NCBI GenBank assembly: GCA_024278915.1
Contig: JAJRSG010000231.1
Span: forward strand, 1-62,487
Direction of reading: 5' to 3'
DNA from: Alphaproteobacteria bacterium
GTDB lineage: Bacteria; Pseudomonadota; Alphaproteobacteria; Caulobacterales; Maricaulaceae
DNA: 62,487 nt
Shown: in pieces, positions 1 to 10,719 of the stretch
How positions within the stretch are numbered: the stretch's first letter is position 1
How the letters are laid out: the number at the start of each line of letters is the position of its first letter
The notes under the pieces: generated by a model
Seen by the model: the letters and a program-made list of their open reading frames with translations, nothing else
The model's database searches: none
Told to the model about the DNA's origin: nothing
Program-made: the position numbers and the translations under genes

Positions 1-191
1 CCTCGATAAGGATCAACCAACGAACTTAATCACGTCCCATCTCCACCCCAAAAATATCGACCGTTTTTAGTGGCCGTTTTCACTGGAACAGGTGGCCGGA
101 TTAAATCGGAATCACTGGCCGGAATGGATCGGAATGCGCAGTTTGATTGAAATGGTGCCGCCTGCATGATTTGAGGTTTATCGCACATGGC

Positions 192-234
192 ATGATTAAG
201 GCCCCTGAAGCTTCAGGGGCCTTAATCATTTTTG
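192..234 (+). terminator. Rho-independent-terminator-like hairpin
   Basis: Perfect inverted repeat tgattaaggcccctgaag/cttcaggggccttaatca (193-228) with no loop mismatch, followed by TTTTT (229-233). It sits at the decayed end of the IS21 remnant. Confidence 0.5.
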
Positions 235-272
235 TTCTGGCCTGACTTTGTTTGAGGCGGAAGCTTTACCGT

Positions 273-959
273 TCATTTCCAGTTCTGCCAACCTGGAGAG
301 ATACTGAACATGGTTTTTGTTTTCCGCCGCACACTGCTGTGCCTGTTTTCATATTCGCTCTTGACGGTGGGCAGACGCAGTTGCTTAAGGTGATGGTGCA
401 GAAGTATCTGTGGAACTTCACTTATGATGAGGCCCCCATCAAACTCATATAGCTGCCGGGGTTGGTCATACCCACTGTAGCCTTGGGCAAAACGGGTAAT
501 TGTCTGAGCTGAGCTTCGGCGAACGCTTCTCGATCCGGCACAACACCAGATGTTTGATGGCATCATAGCCAATGGCACCCATGTTGATAGCCTGTTTGAT
601 GCCACCAGCCACATCCTCCATGACATAGGTCTCCATAAGGTGGAGAACCTGCACATATACCTTACCCTTGTCATTACCGCGTGCGGGTCTGCCGAATATA
701 TCAAGAAACAGATAATGTGTTTGCAACCGGGTAAAGCTCTGGGTGCGCACCCTCTGGCCGCCAGTGCCTCGCCAAAGTCAACTTGCGCATGTCCCGGATC
801 ATGGGCCAGTGGCACAAATACTTTTTTTGTGCGCAGCCTCTGATCACGAACATAGTTGGATACGATAGTTCGGCACCCCGTAAATTCATGCTCGTTACAA
901 AGCCGCTCGTGAATGCGAACCCCTTCAGTCCGAAATTCCGCTGTTCTTTTAATACCCAT
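273..959 (-). pseudogene. Decayed IS21-family element remnant (istA' fused to istB' fragment)
   Basis: The first ~65 codons (MGIKRTAEF...VPLAHDPGHAQVDFGEA) resemble the IstA N-terminus. A second frame (466..750) carries FTRLQTHYLFLDIFGRPARGNDKGKV, a conserved motif from the IstA C-terminal half. The tail LKQLRLPTVKSEYE resembles an IstB N-terminus. The DDE core is missing and the frames are broken. Confidence 0.6.
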
Positions 960-1097
960 AAATACCTCCGGTTTTAGATTTTTGGAAAATATTGGTTGAT
1001 TAATTATGAATTAAAAATTAATAATACATAAGGCTCATAAAAATAATCGAAATTTAACATATTTTTTTAACTCAAAATTCAACAGGAGAAGGTTTAG

Positions 1098-2138
1098 ATG
1101 AAAAATTTACTGATGACTGGCGCGGTGCTGGGCTTGATGATGACATCAATCCCATTGCACGCAGAGACGATAAAATTAAAAGTGTTGGGCCAGCCACACG
1201 CAACCGGGCTTATTCAAAAAGTCAAGGAAGAGCCGTTTTTCAAAACATTTGCAGAAAAATCCGGTCTTGATGTAGAAGTAGATTACAAAGCACTTGATGT
1301 AACCGGTATCAAAGACACAGAAGAATTGCGGGTCTTGAAAAATGGACTTTTTGATATTGTATCTTTGCGTATGTCACAGGTATCTCGTGATGCACCAACG
1401 ATTCTGGGTTTGGACCTTGTCGGACTTAACCCGACTTACGGAGCTGGTCGCAAAACCATGAAAGCCTTTTCAAGTGTTGTTGATGAAGAATTACAGAAAA
1501 AGTTCAACACCAAGCTTCTTGGCATTTGGCCATTCGGACCTCAGGTTCTTTTCTGTAAGGATGAGATCACTAAACTTACAGACATCAAAGGAATGAAAGT
1601 CCGGGTATATGATCAAAACCTGGCCAAATTCGTATCTTCCGTTGGCGGAACCCCTGTGCCAATCGGTTTTGCAGAAGTCCATCAGTCTCTTGCCCGCGGT
1701 GTTGTTGATTGCGCTATCACCGGGCCCAGTTCTGCTAACTCTGCCGGTTGGATGGAAGTTACAAATTATCAATTGCCCCTGGCTTTCCAGATTGCGCTCA
1801 ACGGCTATGGTATCAACCTTGATACCTGGAACAAGTTCACACCAGACCAGCAAGTTACAGTTACTGTTATGTTCGACAACCTTATCGAAGATATCTGGCA
1901 GTATTCTGAAGAATTGTTCGAAGATGCTGTTCGTTGCAACGTAGGCAGTGAACCGTGCACAACAGGCAAAAAATACAGCCTTAAAGATGTTCCTGTCAGT
2001 GACACGGATATTGCCATCGTGCAGGACGCAGTACGCGAAATTTCATTCCCAACCTGGGCGGAGATTTGTGACAAAAGCAATCCAGGTTGTTCTGACAAGT
2101 GGAAGAAGACCGTTGGCCTGATGGTCGGCATGAAATAG
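1098..2138 (+). CDS. TRAP transporter substrate-binding protein (DctP-like)
   Basis: 346 aa with a signal peptide (...SIPLHA/ET) and an aggaga RBS. It lies directly upstream of DctQ/DctM-type genes. Confidence 0.8.
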   Translation: MKNLLMTGAVLGLMMTSIPLHAETIKLKVLGQPHATGLIQKVKEEPFFKTFAEKSGLDVEVDYKALDVTGIKDTEELRVLKNGLFDIVSLRMSQVSRDAPTILGLDLVGLNPTYGAGRKTMKAFSSVVDEELQKKFNTKLLGIWPFGPQVLFCKDEITKLTDIKGMKVRVYDQNLAKFVSSVGGTPVPIGFAEVHQSLARGVVDCAITGPSSANSAGWMEVTNYQLPLAFQIALNGYGINLDTWNKFTPDQQVTVTVMFDNLIEDIWQYSEELFEDAVRCNVGSEPCTTGKKYSLKDVPVSDTDIAIVQDAVREISFPTWAEICDKSNPGCSDKWKKTVGLMVGMK

Positions 2139-2189
2139 TACCCTGTATTTAATGGGTGTAACCCCACCTCATAATTTACAAGGGCAAAT

Positions 2190-2233
2190 GGTTCTCCGGG
2201 GTAATCTCCCTCCCCGGAGAACCAATCGTTTTT
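2190..2233 (+). terminator. Intercistronic hairpin between the TRAP binding-protein and membrane genes (partial terminator/attenuator)
   Basis: 12-bp perfect stem ggttctccgggg (2190-2201) / ccccggagaacc (2212-2223) with a 10-nt loop, followed by aatcgttttt. Confidence 0.5.
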
Positions 2234-2278
2234 AATAAGTTGTACAAAACCAGTATTAAACAGTGGAGCAAACGAGTC

Positions 2279-2872
2279 ATGGCCCGAATCTCTACCATTT
2301 TAAGTTGTTTATTTGGATATATGTTTCTGGCACTGTCTTTTTTTGTGACCGCTGAAACAATCCTTCGAAAAACATTCAATGTATCCTTCCAGGGTGCCGA
2401 TGAGCTTGGCGGGTACGCTCTCGCCGTTGGCTCATCCCTGGCCTTTTCAATCGCCTTGATTGGAAGAGGGCATATACGTATCGATTTGCTACACGATCAT
2501 CTGCCTAAAAATATTCAAGCCGTTCTCAATTGGGTCTCGGCCGTCTTGCTCGCCATGTTTGCTATTTTACTGGTGAAGGTTTGCTATACCGTCGTCCGCG
2601 ATACAATCGATTATGGTAGTGTTGCACCAACACCCTGGGCAACACCCATGATTTATCCTCAATCGGTATGGTTTGGCGCGTTGGCCATGTTTGGGGCCAT
2701 CGCAACATTCTACGCTATTCGAGCCACATACCTATTATTCACGAGTCGCATTGAGTTGCTAAATGAAGAGTTCCATCCAAAAGGGGCTATGGAAGAATTA
2801 TCGGAAGAAATGGAAGATCTAGAGCATAGAGAAGACCTTGGGCACAAAAGCGAACCGGATGGAGCACATTAA
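2279..2872 (+). CDS. TRAP transporter small permease (DctQ-like)
   Basis: Four hydrophobic segments and a position between the binding-protein and DctM genes. The ORF track starts at TTG 2240. ATG 2279, with ggag 10 nt upstream, is preferred. Confidence 0.75.
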   Translation: MARISTILSCLFGYMFLALSFFVTAETILRKTFNVSFQGADELGGYALAVGSSLAFSIALIGRGHIRIDLLHDHLPKNIQAVLNWVSAVLLAMFAILLVKVCYTVVRDTIDYGSVAPTPWATPMIYPQSVWFGALAMFGAIATFYAIRATYLLFTSRIELLNEEFHPKGAMEELSEEMEDLEHREDLGHKSEPDGAH

Positions 2873-2874
2873 CC

Positions 2875-4176
2875 ATGGAAATCGTACATATTATTTTCGC
2901 TTTTATCATCATGCTGGGCCTGTTGATGCTTGGCATACCGATCGCCGTCATTATGGTTCTGCTCGGTGCCGTGGGTGGTGTCATGGCGTTTGGCTGGCCA
3001 TTGGTAGATTCAATCGGATCAATTGTCTGGGGTGTTGCCAATGAGAACATTCTGACTGCTATCCCGTTATTTATTTTGCTCGGAGAACTACTTTTACGAA
3101 GTGGTATTGCAGACCGAATGTATAGCTCTCTTGCGATCTGGCTGGGTCGTTTACCGGGCGGGCTCTTACACACAAATATCGGTTGTAGCGCTTTGTTCGC
3201 AGCCACTTCAGGTTCATCAGTGGCTACCGCCGCGACAATCGGTACCGTAGCTCTGCCTGCCTTGAATGAGCGTAATTATTCAAAGTCTCAATCACTTGGA
3301 TCGCTTGCGGCCGGTGGCACACTTGGAATATTAATCCCCCCCAGCGTTAATCTGCTGATTTACGGATCACTGACAAACACATCCATTGGACAGCTCTTTA
3401 TCGCCGGTATTATTCCGGGCATCCTGTTGACGTTATTATTCATGCTGTATATCGGGTTTGCTAATTTTAACCGAGAAGCCGATATGCAAGAAGCGGATGT
3501 TCCGTGGGCCGATAAAATTCGTGCCCTTGGTGGTCTTTTCCCCCCCACATTAATTTTTTGCATCGTCATGGGGAGTATTTATTTCGGTATCGCAACACCC
3601 ACGGAATCGGCTGCAATCGGTGTTGTCGTAGCTCTGGGCTTCTCCTGGTATACCGGGTCTCTGTCATTTGAATTTTTGCACCGGTGCTTCAAACATACCG
3701 CTCGTACCACAGGCATGGTTCTGCTGATTATTACGGGTGCGTTTATCCTGAACGTTACTCTGGCTCTGATCGGGGTGGCCCAGACCATGACCATATGGGT
3801 TGCCGGCATGGGCTTGTCGTCAACCGGATTGATATTGGCACTCATCGTATTTTATTTATTGCTCGGGATGTTCATGGACGTATTGTCCATGCAGGTTTTG
3901 ACCATCCCGGTCGCCTTTCCCATTATCATGGCAGCAGGCATTGATCCCATCTGGTTTGGTGTCTTCGTCGTCCTGATGTGCGAAGTTGGCCTGATTACAC
4001 CGCCGGTGGGTATGAACCTCTATGTTGTTCAGGGGGTCCGAACCGATGGCGGAGACTTTAAGGATGTGATGTGGGGAGCATTACCTTACGCCGCCCTGAT
4101 GCTGTTATTTACAGGATTACTTATCGTCTTTCCAAACATCGTACTCTGGTTGCCCCGTATAATGTTAGGATCTTAA
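2875..4176 (+). CDS. TRAP transporter large permease (DctM-like)
   Basis: 433 aa, polytopic, with typical DctM sequence (GGLLHTNIG..., LITPPVGMNLYV). Confidence 0.85.
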   Translation: MEIVHIIFAFIIMLGLLMLGIPIAVIMVLLGAVGGVMAFGWPLVDSIGSIVWGVANENILTAIPLFILLGELLLRSGIADRMYSSLAIWLGRLPGGLLHTNIGCSALFAATSGSSVATAATIGTVALPALNERNYSKSQSLGSLAAGGTLGILIPPSVNLLIYGSLTNTSIGQLFIAGIIPGILLTLLFMLYIGFANFNREADMQEADVPWADKIRALGGLFPPTLIFCIVMGSIYFGIATPTESAAIGVVVALGFSWYTGSLSFEFLHRCFKHTARTTGMVLLIITGAFILNVTLALIGVAQTMTIWVAGMGLSSTGLILALIVFYLLLGMFMDVLSMQVLTIPVAFPIIMAAGIDPIWFGVFVVLMCEVGLITPPVGMNLYVVQGVRTDGGDFKDVMWGALPYAALMLLFTGLLIVFPNIVLWLPRIMLGS

Positions 4177-4180
4177 AGAC

Positions 4181-5593
4181 ATGACAGATAAATCCCAATT
4201 CTGGGAATTAACGGCCAGTCAATTAGGTGCACTGCTAACGACGGGGGATGTCTCCCCCGTTGAGCTCCTGGAGGTAACGTTTGAGCGCATCGCCAGGGTA
4301 AACCCCGCGATCAACGCCATCATTGCAATTGATGAAACGGGGGCACGGGAGGCGGCTAAAGAAAGTGAACAACGAATACGATCAGGCAAGCAACGTAGTC
4401 CCCTTGAGGGAATTCCCCTGACGGTCAAGGACCATATTCTGGTCAAGGGTCTATTGGCCTGTTGGGGCAGCAAACTATTTGTCGATTTTGTTCCTGAAAA
4501 AGATGAATTACCGGTTGCCCGCCTCCGTGAGGCCGGGGCAATCATTCTGGGCAAAACCAATGTTCCCGAATTTACCCTGGCCGAATATACCGACAATCCA
4601 GTACACGGCGTTACCCGTAACCCGTGGAACCTTGAGTTAACACCTGGTGGGTCAAGTGGCGGAGCCGTTGCTTCCGTTGCAGCGGGATTGGTGCCTCTTG
4701 CCATTGGTACTGACGGTGGTGGGTCTATTCGACGTCCTGCATCTCATACGGGACTGGTAGGCTTCAAGCCATCCATCGGCAGTGTCGCCCGTTGTGACGG
4801 GTTTCCAAAAATCCTTCTGGATATGGAAGTATGTGGACCGCTTGGAAGAACAGTCGCCGATGCAAAACTGGTCTTTGATATCATGGCCGGACCGTCTCGG
4901 CTTGACCGTCGATCTAGTCTGGTTTCGTCACGAAGCCCCGATAAAAAGAAACAAAGAATCCTGTATGTTGAAAGATTTGGTGCTTCGCCACTGGAACCTG
5001 ATGTCGCCTCAAGCGTCATGGAAGCGGCTGATGTCTTGTCTAATCTTGGTCATGATGTGATCGCAGGCGAACTGCCTTTTGATTTAACAGAAATAACAGA
5101 TTCCTGGTCGAAAGTTGGTCCCGTTGGTATTTCATATTTGTTTGATATGCATCCCAATGCAACAGAATTGGTATCTGAACGGTTTATTGAATTGAATGAA
5201 GCTGGTAAAGCCACAACGTCTTCAGAATTTTTGGCTGTCATAGAGACAATTGATAAATTTCGGGGCCAGGTTGGCACTGCCTATGAGAATATTGATATCA
5301 TCATGACGCCAACCGTTGCCACGCTACCCTGGTCGGCCGAGATTCCGTTCCCGAATGTAATCGATGGTCAAACCGTAGGGCGCAGAGGTCACGCTATTTA
5401 TACCGGCTGGGTCAATGCCTGTGGCCACCCGGCGATTAATTTGCCTGCAGCCCATTCACAAAGTGGACTGCCGATTGGTTTTCAACTGATTGGTGATTTT
5501 GGCGCCGATCAAATGTTATTTGAAATTGCCGCGCAATACGAAGAAGTCAGTCCGTGGTTTAACAAATGGCCCGAGTATGCTCAGAATTCCTGA
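4181..5593 (+). CDS. Amidase-signature family amidohydrolase
   Basis: GGSSGGAVASVAAG...GTDGGGSIRRPAS amidase signature plus an upstream catalytic Lys context (LTVKDH). 470 aa, 4 nt after dctM. Confidence 0.85.
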   Translation: MTDKSQFWELTASQLGALLTTGDVSPVELLEVTFERIARVNPAINAIIAIDETGAREAAKESEQRIRSGKQRSPLEGIPLTVKDHILVKGLLACWGSKLFVDFVPEKDELPVARLREAGAIILGKTNVPEFTLAEYTDNPVHGVTRNPWNLELTPGGSSGGAVASVAAGLVPLAIGTDGGGSIRRPASHTGLVGFKPSIGSVARCDGFPKILLDMEVCGPLGRTVADAKLVFDIMAGPSRLDRRSSLVSSRSPDKKKQRILYVERFGASPLEPDVASSVMEAADVLSNLGHDVIAGELPFDLTEITDSWSKVGPVGISYLFDMHPNATELVSERFIELNEAGKATTSSEFLAVIETIDKFRGQVGTAYENIDIIMTPTVATLPWSAEIPFPNVIDGQTVGRRGHAIYTGWVNACGHPAINLPAAHSQSGLPIGFQLIGDFGADQMLFEIAAQYEEVSPWFNKWPEYAQNS

Positions 5594-5617
5594 TTGCTCA
5601 ATACATACCGCAACTGA

Positions 5618-6379
5618 CTATGCCGGAAACGATACCTCTACTCGTCCAATTCCCGGGAATTCAATAACGACTTCAGAATCTGGCTCAACAAATATCATCC
5701 CTGTATACGTACCGGTGGTTATTATATCGCCAACGCGAAACTCTAAACCACGATTTGCGCAGTGGTTCGCCGCCCAGGCCATTAATTCAAACAGGTCGCC
5801 AGCCCGGTTACCCGCTACACCTGAATACTTTGTTACACCGTTAACAGTTACACTGGCTTCCAAATTAGTAAAATCCAGTGACCGCCAGTTAGATACACCC
5901 TCGCCAAAGACCAACCCTCCATTCGATTGATTATCAGCAAGTATCAATTTTTTATTTTCTGACAGCCCATCCTGCATGCGTGTATCGACGATTTCGATTG
6001 CTGGAATTAATTCTCCAACGGCTTCCATAAGATCTTCAGGCACATATGGTTTCGGCCCAAGGGGGAGGTCCCGGGCGATCCGAAAGGCTATTTCACCTTC
6101 AATGCCGATTATGAAAAATTTTGATGCCGGCACAATTGCCCCACTCATAAATATAAGATTCGAATAAATCGGGGCCGCAATTGGTATAGACACAGGATCG
6201 GGTGCAGATGTTTTCCATCCACCGATATCTTTGCCGGATTGTTTTGTGACAATATCCTGAATGGCGTATGCCTCATCAACCGTGTCTGGAGATGCCGTAT
6301 TACGGGCATCCCACTGACGGTTATCCCGCCGTGCTTTGATAAGTTCGTTGGCAATATCAGCTATATGGGATTTGAGCAT
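5618..6379 (-). CDS. 2-keto-4-pentenoate hydratase / 2-oxohepta-3-ene-1,7-dioate hydratase-like protein (COG3971)
   Basis: 253 aa. The N-terminal AYAIQD...GGWKTS pattern and length are typical of the MhpD/HpcG-like family. Confidence 0.55.
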   Translation of the reverse strand: MLKSHIADIANELIKARRDNRQWDARNTASPDTVDEAYAIQDIVTKQSGKDIGGWKTSAPDPVSIPIAAPIYSNLIFMSGAIVPASKFFIIGIEGEIAFRIARDLPLGPKPYVPEDLMEAVGELIPAIEIVDTRMQDGLSENKKLILADNQSNGGLVFGEGVSNWRSLDFTNLEASVTVNGVTKYSGVAGNRAGDLFELMAWAANHCANRGLEFRVGDIITTGTYTGMIFVEPDSEVVIEFPGIGRVEVSFPA

Positions 6380-6383
6380 TCAA

Positions 6384-7664
6384 TTAATATCCGAGGTAGT
6401 GCGGCAACGCCGTGACCAATTGTGGAAACACCGTACACAAAATAAGAACAACATATTGAAGGACGACAAAGGGCCAAACACTACGTATCATTTCGCTCAT
6501 GGAAATTTTCGAAATACCACACATAACGAATAACAATACACCAACGGGGGGAGTCATCATTCCAGCCACCAGATTCAATACAAACAAGAAACCGAAATAC
6601 AGAGGGTCAATGCCGTAGGAAATAGCAATCGGCGCAAACAAGGGGACCAGCATGATATAAGCAGCATTGGATTCAATGAACATGCCAACAACGATCAGGA
6701 GCAGCATTACCATGAGGATGAAGACTTGCGGGTTATCCGTAAATTCCTGAATAAAGCCTGTGAGACGCATGGGCACCAAATCAATGGTAAAAACGAAGGT
6801 CACAGTCGCGGCAAACGCAATGAGCGCCCCGACCATAGCCGCCGTCACCGCCGAACGGAACAACACCCCCGGCAAATCAGCCAGTCTCAGCTTGCGCGTA
6901 ATAAAGAAACCAATAATCAGTGAATAGACAACAGCAATTGCAGCCCCTTCCGTTGCTGTAAACACCCCGCCGACAATGCCACCAACGACAATTACCGGCA
7001 TCATAATGATAACGATTGCACGGCGTGTCTGGATGATGACATTACGGATCTGAAATCCTTCCCCGGTCAGTGGATAGTTCCGTCTATGGGAAATGAAGCT
7101 CGCCAGCACCATAAAACCGATCGTCAAAATAAGCCCAGGCACAACGCCCGCCATAAACAGACCGCCGACGGACACACTTGATCCAGCCATCAAGGCGTAG
7201 ACAATCATCGCGTTACTCGGTGGAATAATCGCGCCAAGGTTTGCCGCTGAAGCAATTACCGAACTACTGTAACCGGTATCGTATTGTTTGCGCATCGAGG
7301 GCACCAGGGTACTGCCCAGAGCGCTGGCGCTGGCGACGGCGGCTCCACTGACGGCAGCCAGTATCATTCCGGAAATAATAGCAACGTGGGCAAGTCCACC
7401 ATGGACCCGGCCAATAATGCTATTAGAAAAATCGATGAGACGCTGCATGATCCCGGCGGATACCATCAATTCGCCTGCCAGCATAAACAGGGGAATAGCC
7501 ATCAACGGAAAATTATCAATCGAATGCATCATACGCTGCGGCATAATTGACAGGTCCATATCAGCAATATAAAGACCGCCTAATGACGCAAATCCCAAGG
7601 CAAAAGCCAGTGGCATACCAAGCAGGGCAAAGACAAGAAAGATTGTTATGGCAGCAAAACTCAT
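6384..7664 (-). CDS. TRAP transporter large permease (DctM-like), second system
   Basis: 426 aa, polytopic (MTPPVGVLLFV motif). 4-nt ATGA overlap with the upstream dctQ-like gene. Confidence 0.85.
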   Translation of the reverse strand: MSFAAITIFLVFALLGMPLAFALGFASLGGLYIADMDLSIMPQRMMHSIDNFPLMAIPLFMLAGELMVSAGIMQRLIDFSNSIIGRVHGGLAHVAIISGMILAAVSGAAVASASALGSTLVPSMRKQYDTGYSSSVIASAANLGAIIPPSNAMIVYALMAGSSVSVGGLFMAGVVPGLILTIGFMVLASFISHRRNYPLTGEGFQIRNVIIQTRRAIVIIMMPVIVVGGIVGGVFTATEGAAIAVVYSLIIGFFITRKLRLADLPGVLFRSAVTAAMVGALIAFAATVTFVFTIDLVPMRLTGFIQEFTDNPQVFILMVMLLLIVVGMFIESNAAYIMLVPLFAPIAISYGIDPLYFGFLFVLNLVAGMMTPPVGVLLFVMCGISKISMSEMIRSVWPFVVLQYVVLILCTVFPQLVTALPHYLGY

Positions 7665-8194
7665 CGCTCAGTCTCCGCCCAAATTGTGGGCCCACCCCAT
7701 GCCAGGACCAAAAGGTGCAGAAATGCGTGTCCAGTAGCAATCAACACTGCAATGTAGTAGACAGCGGCCGTGAGTTCCAAAGTCGGCATCAATTCCTGCC
7801 ATTTATCGCCAACTACAGAGATCGTCATGACGAATACCACGCCCATCAGCAAGGCAGCAGCGAGGCTCATCAAACGGGATAATTGTGTTCTGAGGCTATC
7901 ATCCAATCGGCACACAATCACATCAATGCCAACGTGAATACCGGATTTTATGCCATGAGGAATGGCGAGGAACATAGACCAGACAAAAAACAATCGGGAT
8001 AATTCATCGGCAGAATCGATCGATGATGACAAGGCATACCGAAAGAAAACCTGAGCGGAAACGAGCCCCGCCATTAACGCCATGCAAATTACAATTGCGA
8101 CAATCGAAACGTTGTCGACCCCACGCACAAATTTAATAAATAATTTAAAAATGGAACCGGTGACATGCACCGGCTCCTGATTTTTATGGTCCAC
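7661..8194 (-). CDS. TRAP transporter small permease (DctQ-like), second system
   Basis: 177 aa with four TM segments. The GTG start overlaps the binding-protein stop by 1 nt (TAGTG). Confidence 0.75.
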   Translation of the reverse strand: MDHKNQEPVHVTGSIFKLFIKFVRGVDNVSIVAIVICMALMAGLVSAQVFFRYALSSSIDSADELSRLFFVWSMFLAIPHGIKSGIHVGIDVIVCRLDDSLRTQLSRLMSLAAALLMGVVFVMTISVVGDKWQELMPTLELTAAVYYIAVLIATGHAFLHLLVLAWGGPTIWAETER

Positions 8195-9186
8195 TATTTT
8201 AGTTCTTTCAAAACGGCATCAATAATGTCTGAGCCAATTTTCTTCTTCAAATCAACAACGACACCAGCTGTTGCAGATTTAAGCTGAGCCCGAACTTCGG
8301 CTGAGATTGGATCAAACTGCATACCGGAAGCAATCAAGGCATCTCTGGACGCTGTGTCTTCATCTGCTGCTTTCGAACGCTGCCAGGCGATAGCTTTTGC
8401 CATTGCAGTCCGAACAGCATCCTGGTTGGTTGCTGATAGTTTACTAAATTTTTTCTTGCTGGCAACAACGACAATAAAATCAAAGAAATGTCCTGAGTCT
8501 GACAGATATTTCTGAACTTCATTAAACCGTTTCGTAGCAATAATGCTGAAAGGGTTTTCCTGTCCGTCAAGAACTCCTTGTTGCAAAGCTGAATAAACTT
8601 CTTTAATCCCCATTGGGAGAGGGCTCGCTCCGATGGACCGGAATGAAGCCAGATGCGTTTCATTTGGCTGCATCCGGATTTTTAATCCCTTGAAATCTTC
8701 AATAGTTTTGAGAGGATGAACATTATTGGTAACGTTCCGGGAACCAAGTTCCATATACCCAAGGGTCGTGAACCCTTTTTCAGCAAGCTTTTTGTTCAAA
8801 AGATCACCAACCCCACTATCGATTACCTTGAAGGCCTGTTCCCGGTTTGCAAACGCAAAAGGAAGGCTTACAGCTTCCAGTTCCGGAACGGTACGCGATA
8901 GATAAGAAATACCAATCCAGGTGCCCATAATTGCTCCGGAACGAACCTGATCGACATTCTCTTTCGCCCCACCCAATTGCATGGCCGGGAAAATGTCTGC
9001 CGTCAGTTTACCGCCCGTCAGGTTGTCTAACTCGGTTTTAAAAATTTCCATTGCCTTACTGCTGGAATGCTCAACGGCGAAATTTCCTGCAATTCGTATT
9101 TTTTCAGCCTGAGCAGTATTTACACTGCCCATCGCCATAACTGCAACGATTGCAATTCCAAGTCCACGTATATAGTTTTTCATCAT
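8194..9186 (-). CDS. TRAP transporter substrate-binding protein (DctP family), second system
   Basis: Typical DctP sequence. The start was moved from 9234 to ATG 9186 (MMKNYIRGLGIAIVAVMAMGSVNTAQA signal peptide, aaggga RBS). Confidence 0.85.
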   Translation of the reverse strand: MMKNYIRGLGIAIVAVMAMGSVNTAQAEKIRIAGNFAVEHSSSKAMEIFKTELDNLTGGKLTADIFPAMQLGGAKENVDQVRSGAIMGTWIGISYLSRTVPELEAVSLPFAFANREQAFKVIDSGVGDLLNKKLAEKGFTTLGYMELGSRNVTNNVHPLKTIEDFKGLKIRMQPNETHLASFRSIGASPLPMGIKEVYSALQQGVLDGQENPFSIIATKRFNEVQKYLSDSGHFFDFIVVVASKKKFSKLSATNQDAVRTAMAKAIAWQRSKAADEDTASRDALIASGMQFDPISAEVRAQLKSATAGVVVDLKKKIGSDIIDAVLKELK

Positions 9187-9270
9187 AAAAATTCCCTTTT
9201 CTGATATGATCAATGTTGTAATTTTGATAACCACCTCATCGGCTTTGATTTAAACATTGACGGCTAAACG

Positions 9271-10704
9271 TCATGTCCTTACACCGTTATTTTTGGGCTT
9301 CGCTGGTTCCGGGCTTTCACATTTAAGAAAGTTTCCGCGACCCGCTTCACCAATAAAATTGCCCTCTTTCACAATGACTTCACCGCGTGACATCACCATT
9401 TCAGGCCATCCGCGAACACACATGCCTTCATAGGGGGTGTAATCGACATTATGGTGAAGAATGTCGTTGGTGATCTCGACTTCCTTGTCGGGATCCCAGA
9501 TCGCGATATCGGCATCAGAACCCACGGCTATGGTTCCCTTGCGTGGGTACAACCCATAAATGCGGGCTGGATTTGCAGATGTCAGTTCGACAAATCGACG
9601 AAGATCAATCCGGCCTTTGCCTACCCCTTCGGAAAACAGCAAGGGTAATCGGGTTTCAACACCGGGAATACCATTGGGTATAGACTTGAACGGTGTGTCT
9701 TCCCCGTGCATTTTCTTACCCTTGTCATCTTCATAACGGAACGGCGCATGATCAGATGAGAATATCTGGAAGGTCCCATTCTCTAGAGCACGCCAAACAT
9801 CTTCCTGACTTGATTTGTCCCGAGGCGGCGGACTGCAAATGCATTTTGCCCCTTCAAAACCGTCTTTGTTCATATCTTCTGCCGTCAGGAATAAATACTG
9901 TGGACAGGTTTCGGCATACACACGGAAGCCTCGATTCTGTGCCCATCTGATTTGATCAATCGCCTCGGGTCCCGATACATGAACGATAAGCAAAGGCACA
10001 TCCACCAACTCGGCCAGGGAGATTGCCCGATGGGTTGCTTCGCGCTCAACAATTGCTGGACGGGATGCCGCATGAAAATGAGGCGCTGTGTCTCCGGCTT
10101 GCTCCAGCTTTTCAGTGAGCCAGGCAATACAGTCGGAGTTTTCAGCATGGATCATTGCCATCGCACCATGACGGCGGGCAACAGAAAGAATATCCAGAAT
10201 CTGGTGATCGTTCAATTTAAGCGCGTCATAAGTCATATAAATCTTGAAAGATGTGTATCCATCCTCAATCAACGCAGGAAGTTCCTGGCCCAGAACCTGA
10301 TCCGTTGTATCGGTTACAATCAGATGGAAGGCGTAATCAATGACAGCCTTTCCCTCAGCTCGCGCATGATAATCATCAACGGCATGACGGATCGTATTAC
10401 CTTTTTCCTGGCAGGCAAAAGGAATGATTGTGGTCGTGCCACCACAGGCTGCTGATATACTTCCTGTACGAAAATCATCTGCCATGACCGAACCGTCACC
10501 GGTCGGCTGATCCAAATGAAGATGAGCGTCAATCCCGCCCGGCATCACGATTTTGCCGCTTGCATCAATAACCTCATCGCCATCCAGGTCTTCACCAAGG
10601 GCAACAACTCTGCCATCAAAAATTCCAACGTCGCAGGCAATAACGTCAGCTGCGGTCGCTACTGTTCCGTTTTTAATCACCAAATCAAGTTTCTGCATAA
10701 TCAT
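9271..10704 (-). CDS. Hydantoinase / dihydropyrimidinase-type cyclic amidohydrolase
   Basis: GGIDAHLHL (HxH), SFKIYMTY (carboxylated-Lys context), IHAEN, IVHVS and SSDHAP motifs. 477 aa. Confidence 0.85.
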   Translation of the reverse strand: MIMQKLDLVIKNGTVATAADVIACDVGIFDGRVVALGEDLDGDEVIDASGKIVMPGGIDAHLHLDQPTGDGSVMADDFRTGSISAACGGTTTIIPFACQEKGNTIRHAVDDYHARAEGKAVIDYAFHLIVTDTTDQVLGQELPALIEDGYTSFKIYMTYDALKLNDHQILDILSVARRHGAMAMIHAENSDCIAWLTEKLEQAGDTAPHFHAASRPAIVEREATHRAISLAELVDVPLLIVHVSGPEAIDQIRWAQNRGFRVYAETCPQYLFLTAEDMNKDGFEGAKCICSPPPRDKSSQEDVWRALENGTFQIFSSDHAPFRYEDDKGKKMHGEDTPFKSIPNGIPGVETRLPLLFSEGVGKGRIDLRRFVELTSANPARIYGLYPRKGTIAVGSDADIAIWDPDKEVEITNDILHHNVDYTPYEGMCVRGWPEMVMSRGEVIVKEGNFIGEAGRGNFLKCESPEPAKPKNNGVRT

Positions 10705-10719
10705 ACTTTCAGCGACTGA

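Noticed and set aside
60-170. Repetitive GGCCGGA(A/T)T / ATCGGAAT motifs. Several plus-strand frames give transposase-tail-like peptides (e.g. GGRIKSESLAGMDRNAQ)
   Set aside because: It looks like IS-associated sequence (a terminal repeat region or a transposase tail). Every frame is closed within ~45 codons and I cannot assign a family or boundaries from memory. I left it uncalled.
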